This document shows positions 18,583 through 25,033 of a stretch of 25,033 nt of DNA, in pieces. Both the position numbers and the translations under genes were made by a program. The notes beneath the pieces were generated by a model, which was not told where the DNA came from, ran no database searches, and saw only the letters and a program-made list of their open reading frames with translations. The stretch's first letter is position 1; each line of letters begins with the position of its first letter. This stretch comes from a bacterium (GTDB lineage Bacteria; UBA6262; WVXT01): NCBI GenBank assembly GCA_046759165.1, contig JBHIBS010000023.1, positions 1-25,033 of the forward strand. The letters are read 5' to 3'.

Positions 18583-19434
18583 CTAAATAGCGTCTTCTAA
18601 TACCTTTTTTATCTTTGATTCTCTATCTATAATCTTAGTTTCAGGTCTCACAAGCCTCTCTTCAAATGTTGGAACTTCTTTTTCATAAAATGTTCCTAAG
18701 GCAATAAGAGCACCGGAGTTGTAATCCCATTCCCTTATCCTCTTTAAAGCATCATCATAATCTCGGGGATTGTGGTCTTTCAATTCATAGACCTTTTTGT
18801 TATAGTACTCGTAGATATTAAAGAAAGTTACGCATACTTGCAATACGTCAACAAGAGCAAAACCCTTATGCAAAACGGCTTCTTTGAAAATTCTTTTAAG
18901 AAGGTCCATGCCGTGAGAATAACCTCTGGCAATAAAAGTTCCGCCACTTGCCAACATAAGTTCAAGAGGATTTACGGGAAGTTCTTTTGTCCCTTGAGGT
19001 GTGGAACGGCCTTTAAAACCTAAGGGTGAAGTAGGAGTATATTGGCCGGTAGTAAGTCCATATACGCGATTATTATGGATTATCATCGTGATATCAATGT
19101 TTCTTTTCGCGACAAATATTAAGTGTTCTAAGCCCTCGCCATAGGCGTCGCCATCGCCTGCAAAACCAATTACTTTTAAATCAGGATTGGCAAGTTTTAT
19201 TCCAGTAGCTACAGGCACTACCCTTCCGTGGACGGCATAGAAACTATTAACATTTATGTAATCAACGATCTTAGCATGGCAACCAATTCCAGAAACCAAA
19301 ACTACCTTTTCCAAAGGAAATCCTTCCTCGTCTAATACATTAAGGACTGCCTTTATAGAATTTAAAATAGCAAAATTGCCACAGCCCGGGCACCAGGTAT
19401 TCTTGGCATACGTACTTAAATCTTTCATAGTCAA
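18583..19434 (-). CDS. 2-oxoacid:ferredoxin oxidoreductase beta subunit
   Basis: WCPGCG, SGIGC, HGR, GDGD...NN TPP motif, YGLTTGQ. Confidence 0.93.
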   Translation of the reverse strand: MTMKDLSTYAKNTWCPGCGNFAILNSIKAVLNVLDEEGFPLEKVVLVSGIGCHAKIVDYINVNSFYAVHGRVVPVATGIKLANPDLKVIGFAGDGDAYGEGLEHLIFVAKRNIDITMIIHNNRVYGLTTGQYTPTSPLGFKGRSTPQGTKELPVNPLELMLASGGTFIARGYSHGMDLLKRIFKEAVLHKGFALVDVLQVCVTFFNIYEYYNKKVYELKDHNPRDYDDALKRIREWDYNSGALIALGTFYEKEVPTFEERLVRPETKIIDRESKIKKVLEDAI

Positions 19435-21104
19435 TCCACCAGCTTTTCTAACCTTTCCTCTAACTCGTCCAAAGAAAAGGGTCTTCCATCATATTTTAAT
19501 ATTTTTTCATTAACACTAAATCCATAACGGTTGATAAGATTTGCCAATTGAGCGGTTGCGTTATTTTCCACGCAGATCAAATTTTGGACTCCTTTAAGTG
19601 ACTCCTGAAATTGTCTTGCGGGAAATGGTGAAAGCACCACTGGATATATGACCTTTAGGCCTAAATTTTCCGCTGCCTCGATACAGACCCCTTTATTCGA
19701 TCCCCAGCAAATAAGAGCGATTGAAGACCTGTTATTACCATAAACTTTTACTGTCTTATATGTCTCTAATTCCTTCATCAAATATTTTTCTTTACGCAGG
19801 CGTTTATCCTGCATAATTTTAACCTTTTGAGCTTCCTCAGTAGTTATCCCGAACTCATCGTGCGCGTAACTGTCTACTTTTATGACTGCTTCTTTGTCAG
19901 GCGCAAAATTTAAAGGAGAGACTCCTGTTTCTGTATCCAGATATCTTTTATAGGGTTGTTTTCTGTCCCATGAAATGGGATTTTCCTCTTTCAGCTCCCT
20001 TACTGAATCTATATCAAAACTATATGTCCCTTCGCTTAAAGCCTTATCCACCAAAATGATGGATGGTATCTCATACCCCCAGGAAATATTTAAGGCAACA
20101 CAAGACCAGAAATATGCATCTTCTGCATCTCCCGGAGAGACCACAAATCTTGGAAATTCTCCCTGTCCGGCATTTAATACAAAATGTAAATCTCCTTGAG
20201 CAGTATAAGTTGGAACTCCTGTGCTCGGTCCAGGCCTCTGGGCAATAACGATAACTATGGGTAACTCGGCCATGCCGGCTAAACTTAAACCCTCGGTCAT
20301 CAAGCAGAATCCCCCTCCTGAAGTGCCCACTGCTACCCTTTCTCCGGCATAGGAAAAACCCAAAGCCATCAATATTACGGCAATTTCACTTTCAGGATGG
20401 ATAACCTTTAAAGAAAAATCTTCGGATCTTTGGGCAAGAAAATGTAAGAGACTCGAAGAAGGAGTCATCGGATAGGCAATATAAGTCTTAAGACCACCCT
20501 TAATAAGACCTAAACCTATAGCTTCATTGCCGGTAAGTAAAGGTATGCTCTTGTTTGGTAGGAATTCTATCTTAACTAATTCTTTAGCCTCGTTATATCC
20601 CCGAAGAGCAACCTTTAAATTTAAATCTATTTCTCTAGAAATATTTTTCTTTAGCACCCTCTCTAAAATATCCCATTCTAACCCTGTAGCTTTACAGAAG
20701 CCTCCAATGATGCAGGAATTACGCATTACTGCTGGTGCATTTTCCTCTCTTACTATTTTTCCCAAAGGAAGCCCAAACCCCTGACTGCCGACAGGTAGGC
20801 CTTCTGATTTTACTAGGTCAGAGTCATAGATCATAAAGGTATTATCCTTTATTCTATCCTTATGTAAATCCACACTATCTCGATTTAAGGCAAGAAGAAA
20901 ATCTACTTTGTTCAGGTGAGTAGCGATCTTATTTTTAGATGCCCTGATAATAGAAAAGGTATGTCCTCCTCTTATAATAGAAGGATAGTCGCGGTATACA
21001 TATAGACGATAGCCGAGTTGATTTAAGATACGAGCGATAATTAATCCCGACTTATCTATACCATCTCCCGCTTTTCCACCAATGAAAACAGAAAAATCAT
21101 TCAT
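19431..21104 (-). CDS. 2-oxoacid:ferredoxin oxidoreductase alpha subunit (fused gamma domain)
   Basis: GGKAGDG, IRGGH, YPMTP, ESE, RPGPSTGVPT, VENN; 4 bp overlap with beta subunit. Confidence 0.93.
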   Translation of the reverse strand: MNDFSVFIGGKAGDGIDKSGLIIARILNQLGYRLYVYRDYPSIIRGGHTFSIIRASKNKIATHLNKVDFLLALNRDSVDLHKDRIKDNTFMIYDSDLVKSEGLPVGSQGFGLPLGKIVREENAPAVMRNSCIIGGFCKATGLEWDILERVLKKNISREIDLNLKVALRGYNEAKELVKIEFLPNKSIPLLTGNEAIGLGLIKGGLKTYIAYPMTPSSSLLHFLAQRSEDFSLKVIHPESEIAVILMALGFSYAGERVAVGTSGGGFCLMTEGLSLAGMAELPIVIVIAQRPGPSTGVPTYTAQGDLHFVLNAGQGEFPRFVVSPGDAEDAYFWSCVALNISWGYEIPSIILVDKALSEGTYSFDIDSVRELKEENPISWDRKQPYKRYLDTETGVSPLNFAPDKEAVIKVDSYAHDEFGITTEEAQKVKIMQDKRLRKEKYLMKELETYKTVKVYGNNRSSIALICWGSNKGVCIEAAENLGLKVIYPVVLSPFPARQFQESLKGVQNLICVENNATAQLANLINRYGFSVNEKILKYDGRPFSLDELEERLEKLVD

Positions 21105-21126
21105 TACTAATTTCTCTCCAAATTTT

Positions 21127-22083
21127 CTACAAGCCTGTTTCTTCTATCACTCTTTTTATGGCATTTGCCGAATTCTTAAATGCCTGCTTTTCTTGTGGGT
21201 CAAGTTCTATCTTCAAAACTTCTCTTACGCCCTCTTTATCAATCACAACTGGGAGACTTGAATATACATCATTTATTCCTAAATAATCCTCAACTAAAGA
21301 GGATACGGGCAAAATAGCGTTCTCATCATTTATAACTGCCTGGGTTATTCTTACCAGAGCCAGACCTATCCCATAAGAGGTCTCCTGTTTTCTTTCCATT
21401 ATTTTATATGCCGAATCCCTCACTTCCATAAAAATCTTGTTAAGTTCTTCATCGTGCTGGCAGGTGGCCGCTTTTTTACAAATATAGCAGTAATCCTTAA
21501 ATAAAACTCCACCAATCATTGCCCTGCTCCAGACGGGAAATTCGCTATCTCCATGCTCACCCAGAATATAAGCATGGATATTTCGAGGGTCAACCTGGCA
21601 GTGGTTGCTCAAGAGAGATCTAAATCTTGCTGTATCTAAAACTGTTCCTGAACCAATCACTTCTTTTGCCGGCTTTGAGGAAAATTTATAAGCAGCATAG
21701 GAAAGGACGTCCACGGGATTGCTAACGATTAAAAGAATTGCAGAGGAGGCGTATTTTACAATTTCAGGAATTATTTTTCTGTAAAGCTCCACATTATCTT
21801 TTGCCAGGTCAAGGCGGGTCTGATCTGGCTTCTGTTTTTTGCCGGCAGTGATTACAACTAAGTCTGAATTTATTATGTCAGGATAATCTCCGGCAATTAT
21901 CTCCACGGGTGAGATATAAGGAGCACCGTGGGAGAGGTCCATAACCTCACCCTCAAGCCTTTTCCTATCAACATCCACAAGAATAATTTGGCGCACCACA
22001 CCTTTCAACAGTAAAGCATAGGCATAGCGCATACCTACATTCCCGCAGCCAATGATAGACACCTTTGGCTTCAAATCAGCCAT
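21127..22083 (-). CDS. ldh: L-lactate dehydrogenase
   Basis: GCGNVG, substrate loop QKPDQTR (Gln, LDH-type rather than Arg of MDH), NPVD, LDTARF, GEHGDS. Confidence 0.92.
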   Translation of the reverse strand: MADLKPKVSIIGCGNVGMRYAYALLLKGVVRQIILVDVDRKRLEGEVMDLSHGAPYISPVEIIAGDYPDIINSDLVVITAGKKQKPDQTRLDLAKDNVELYRKIIPEIVKYASSAILLIVSNPVDVLSYAAYKFSSKPAKEVIGSGTVLDTARFRSLLSNHCQVDPRNIHAYILGEHGDSEFPVWSRAMIGGVLFKDYCYICKKAATCQHDEELNKIFMEVRDSAYKIMERKQETSYGIGLALVRITQAVINDENAILPVSSLVEDYLGINDVYSSLPVVIDKEGVREVLKIELDPQEKQAFKNSANAIKRVIEETGL

Positions 22084-22159
22084 TTCTCACTTCTTCTTCA
22101 TCCTATAAAGAAATCTATATACGTTGTCAAAGGTGAGACCAATCCGGAAAATAAGAATA

Positions 22160-22678
22160 TTATCTTTCTCCTTTCTTCAATTTTCTCAGTATCTCTCTAC
22201 AAAATGCCGGCAAATCGTAAGGATTGCGAGAGGTAATCAGATTGCCATCCACAACAACTTCCTTATCGATAAACAGTCCTCCAGCATTTACCAGGTCATC
22301 TTTTATAGCATAAACGCCAGTTGCCCTCTTATCCTTCAATATGCCTGCCGACACCAGAACCCAGCCCCCATGACAGATAGCGGCAACAAGTTTATTCTTC
22401 TTAGACATTTCTCTTACAAAGTTATTTACTTCTTTGTATCTTCTTAAAATATCAGGAGCATATCCTCCGGGGACAACTACTCCTAAAAAATCGGCCACCC
22501 TCGCCTTTTTTATGGAGAGCTCTTCTACTGCGGGGTAGCCTTCCTTACTTTTATACTCCTTTTTCCTCCCCGTTCCTAAAAGAAGAGTTTCTATGCCATT
22601 TTCCCTGAGACGGAGATAAGGATACCAAACCTCTAAAACCTGATAATTGTCCTCAACAAAAACTGCTACTTTACCCAT
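22160..22678 (-). CDS. PfpI/DJ-1 family protein (glyoxalase III/deglycase-like)
   Basis: Conserved Glu (VLEV), VPGGY, AICHG nucleophile elbow, DGNLITSR; start at ATG 22678 (AAGGAG RBS). Confidence 0.9.
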   Translation of the reverse strand: MGKVAVFVEDNYQVLEVWYPYLRLRENGIETLLLGTGRKKEYKSKEGYPAVEELSIKKARVADFLGVVVPGGYAPDILRRYKEVNNFVREMSKKNKLVAAICHGGWVLVSAGILKDKRATGVYAIKDDLVNAGGLFIDKEVVVDGNLITSRNPYDLPAFCREILRKLKKGER

Positions 22679-22852
22679 CCTGCCTTCTCCTTTATCGATA
22701 AATTTTGCATGCTCCTTCAAGAATGAGAACAACAGAACAATCAAATATCCTCAGCGGAAATAACCAGTGCCTTACTTACTTTGATCTTTTTCACCAAAGA
22801 CAGTTACTCTTTTTAAAGCAGCTCTTTCCACATTCTTTTTAATGTTCTGGTC

Positions 22853-22902
22853 CCAGACCAAGGGGTTCTGATTTGGCTTCTGTTTTTTCCCGGTAGGAAT
22901 TA
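22853..22902 (-). pseudogene. Degenerate ldh fragment
   Basis: 42/51 nt identical (one gap, hand alignment) to ldh 21804-21854. Confidence 0.7.
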
Positions 22903-22908
22903 TTTGAA

Positions 22909-23298
22909 TCAGCCCTCAACCTCGATGTCCCTTATCCCTTCCCAGAGGCCATGTAGATTACACTTTGCCCAAACCTTTAATGGGCCGTGTGCATGGGAGA
23001 GTTTAACGGGGATAGTAACTTTGGGGTGAGTTAGCGAACCGGATAGAGTCACTCTAAAAAGAAAGGTATCGCCAGAATATAATTCTAACCATTCGAAAAA
23101 ATGTCCTGGCTCATTGGGATGAGCTTTATATTTTCCTACCTCAACAGTTACCAAAAATGTTTTATCCCTTTTTACCTTCTCTGGCGCGCTAATTACCGGT
23201 AGATGCTTCTGCTCAAGTTCAGATAGAGCATTCATATCTTTGGGGATGTTCACACCACAGAGAATATCTTGCTCACAACTATATTTAGCTTCAGGCAT
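22909..23298 (-). CDS. Superoxide reductase, 1Fe (neelaredoxin-type)
   Basis: EQKH, HPNEPGH, CNLHGLW iron ligands; no fused desulforedoxin domain. Confidence 0.9.
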   Translation of the reverse strand: MPEAKYSCEQDILCGVNIPKDMNALSELEQKHLPVISAPEKVKRDKTFLVTVEVGKYKAHPNEPGHFFEWLELYSGDTFLFRVTLSGSLTHPKVTIPVKLSHAHGPLKVWAKCNLHGLWEGIRDIEVEG

Positions 23299-23404
23299 AG
23301 CAATTACTCCCTTATCCCTTTATTCCCTTTAGAATTACTTGTTCCGGTCCTTCTTTGATCTGTAGGTGCTCTTTAAACGGTCTTTTTGCTGGAACTCCTA
23401 CCTG

Positions 23405-23468
23405 TCACCTCCTTTTCATCTTTTAAGGAATCTGTGTATATTACCAAAACTAAGGCTAATCCAGAAAA
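23405..23468 (-). repeat. Diverged copy of the ldh upstream region
   Basis: 46/65 identity to 22087-22151; 16 of 18 substitutions are transitions (hand count). Confidence 0.6.
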
Positions 23469-23479
23469 GATGTTCCAGG

Positions 23480-23701
23480 TCATAAAGCGACGACCTCTTT
23501 TACCTCGGGCACTTCCTGTTTTATTATCCTCTCTATGCCCGTTTTCATGGTCATCTGGCTCAGCGGACATCCTTGACAGGCACCAGTCAATCTTACCTTG
23601 ACTACGCCATCAGAAGTAACCTCTATTAGTTCTACATCTCCACCATCTGCCTGAAGCGATGGCCTTATTTTATTTAAAGCAGATTCTACTTTTTCTTTCA
23701 T
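23480..23701 (-). CDS. NifU/Nfu C-terminal-domain Fe-S carrier
   Basis: IRPSLQADGGDVEL, GACQGCP; AAGGAGGAG RBS. Confidence 0.93.
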   Translation of the reverse strand: MKEKVESALNKIRPSLQADGGDVELIEVTSDGVVKVRLTGACQGCPLSQMTMKTGIERIIKQEVPEVKEVVAL

Positions 23702-23749
23702 TGTCTCCTCCTTTTTTCTTCTTAATTAATTGTTATTTAGGCAAGGCTT

Positions 23750-23778
23750 ATTCTATATAACATATCCATAACTGTCAA
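23750..23778 (-). promoter_or_regulatory. sigma70 promoter of the oxidative-stress cluster
   Basis: Minus strand TTGACA (23778-23773), 17 nt spacer, TAGAAT (23755-23750), 48 nt upstream of the NifU-like ATG. Confidence 0.8.
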
Positions 23779-24119
23779 GTTTTTTTGCTACGGAAGATAT
23801 ATCCTGTTTTAGCGTGGTTTATCCTTTTTTTATCTTTGCCAAAATATTCCTCTAATTCTTTTATGAGCTTCTGTTTTATGGTTATCGATCTATCTCTTAT
23901 ATACTTATTATAGAGTTGCTCTCCAACACACTCTTTGGCGTATCTACACCAGTCAAGGCAACTGGTGCCTTCTTGACGCACTACACTCTTCTTGCAGTGG
24001 GGGCAAGTTGCCTGAACCTCATCTGTCCATATCTCTACTTCCTCAGAACAGAAAGGGCAGTTTATAATCTCTGGCTGGGGCTGTCTAAACCTTTGAGCCC
24101 CCGGGCACTTAAAAATCAT
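23775..24119 (-). CDS. Cys-rich Zn-ribbon protein, probably a truncated HD-domain hydrolase
   Basis: CPG, CPFC, CPHC, CxxxCxxxxxC, then YFGKDKKRINHA (start of an HD helix) and an abrupt end. Confidence 0.65.
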   Translation of the reverse strand: MIFKCPGAQRFRQPQPEIINCPFCSEEVEIWTDEVQATCPHCKKSVVRQEGTSCLDWCRYAKECVGEQLYNKYIRDRSITIKQKLIKELEEYFGKDKKRINHAKTGYIFRSKKT

Positions 24120-24123
24120 TATT

Positions 24124-24963
24124 TCAGTTTCCCCCTTTTATTGTAATAGTAATCTCTTCTAATGGTATATTCTTCCCTGAGGCAGATATCGCCGATTTAA
24201 CAATACTCACCAACCCAAAACAGCAAGGCACTTCCATATGGGCGCAGGTTATGGACCTTATATTGTTATTTTTTAAAATCTGAGTAATCCTCTCTTTGTA
24301 AAAGTCTACATCATCGAACTTAGGACAGCCTACAAGTAAAATCTTTCCTTTTAATAAATCATCGTGGAAATCCGCGTAGGCAAAGGGAACGCAATCTGCA
24401 GCTATCAATAGGTCGGCTTCCTTCAGATAAGGGGCATTCGGCGGAACAAGCATGATCTGCACAGGCCATTGTCTGAGCTGAGATACACCTTTAGAAATGG
24501 CTTTCTTTTCTTTAGCTCCTTCTTTCTCTCTAAAATCCATTATTTTTGAGCCGGGGCATCCAGAAAAATTAGACATATTCTTATGCGCGCTGGGTAAATA
24601 TTCTTCTTCAAGATGAATTTCTATATTTCTCTCTTTTAAGAAATCTATCGCCTGTTTAAGATATTCAATCTGGTTATGCTGTTTAAGGTGTTCTAAGTGC
24701 GCTCTAATTACATTCTTTCCCTGTTTCACGATATTTTCCATAACTTTACTTTCATCGTACTCCTGGGCTTCTCTTTCTTCTATAGTAATTGCCCCTTCGG
24801 GGCAGTAGCCAATGCAGGCACCTAAACCATCGCAGAATAGGTCGCTTATAAGCCTTGCCTTCCCATCTATTATCTGTAAAGCCCCCTCAGGGCAGTTGGG
24901 AATGCAAAGGCCACAGCCATTACATTTTTCTTCATCTATCTTTATTATCTTTCTCTTTGCCAT
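24124..24963 (-). CDS. 4Fe-4S dicluster protein with Cys-rich C-terminal domain
   Basis: CNGCGLC...CP and CDGLGAC...CP; CPGS, QWPVQ, ADC, GCPK, MEVPCC. Start at ATG 24963 preferred to 24987. Confidence 0.85.
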   Translation of the reverse strand: MAKRKIIKIDEEKCNGCGLCIPNCPEGALQIIDGKARLISDLFCDGLGACIGYCPEGAITIEEREAQEYDESKVMENIVKQGKNVIRAHLEHLKQHNQIEYLKQAIDFLKERNIEIHLEEEYLPSAHKNMSNFSGCPGSKIMDFREKEGAKEKKAISKGVSQLRQWPVQIMLVPPNAPYLKEADLLIAADCVPFAYADFHDDLLKGKILLVGCPKFDDVDFYKERITQILKNNNIRSITCAHMEVPCCFGLVSIVKSAISASGKNIPLEEITITIKGGN

Positions 24964-24967
24964 CAGC

Positions 24968-25033
24968 TTATCCTCTCCTCGCTCCATAAGTCCGGGTATC
25001 GCCTAATAAAGACGTTAATGTAATATCTTTTAA
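24968..25033 (-). CDS. Partial CDS, possible C-terminus of an Rrf2-family regulator
   Basis: Open frame from the window edge LKDITLTSLLGDTRTYGARRG*; LxxITLxxLL resembles Rrf2 C-terminal helices, but only 21 aa are visible. Confidence 0.3.
   Translation of the reverse strand, partial: LKDITLTSLLGDTRTYGARRG

Noticed and set aside
23373-23570. 65 aa ORF overlapping the NifU-like gene
   Set aside because: 5' part overlaps that gene out of frame; only the 36 aa ATG-started part was kept as a weak candidate.
1615-25006. All + strand ORFs in the track
   Set aside because: Antisense shadows of well-supported - strand genes, with no recognisable motifs.
1-25033. CRISPR arrays, tRNA/rRNA, transposases, selenocysteine read-through
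   Set aside because: No regularly spaced repeats, RNA-gene signatures, transposase motifs or in-frame TGA at catalytic Cys positions were seen.

Overview
AT-rich bacterial DNA, probably from an anaerobe; every real gene is on the - strand. Read in transcription order (right to left) there are three blocks. (1) A possible Rrf2-regulator tail, a 4Fe-4S protein and a truncated Zn-ribbon/HD gene. (2) A ~13.6 kb oxygen/peroxide-defence cluster behind a near-consensus sigma70 promoter: NifU-like, superoxide reductase, PfpI, LDH, 2-oxoacid:ferredoxin oxidoreductase, WrbA, flavodiiron protein, rubredoxin, PncA, rubrerythrins, FNR-like reductase, HAD, desulforedoxin, ferritin-like protein, glutaredoxin, TrxB and a C-N hydrolase. 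It contains several deletion scars and duplicated remnants. (3) carA-carB-purF-copA, a small permease and a tautomerase. The most striking signal is in block 3: CarA and PurF have both lost their glutaminase catalytic residues (Cys->Ser plus partner residues) while their ORFs and the synthetase/PRTase motifs are intact, and CarA/CarB are changed at ammonia-tunnel wall positions. This suggests a glutamine-independent, free-ammonia-fed entry into carbamoyl-phosphate and purine synthesis. Rubredoxin, desulforedoxin and a flavodoxin-family fragment were missing from the ORF track. Residue numbering and family calls come from by-eye motif comparison; no searches were run.
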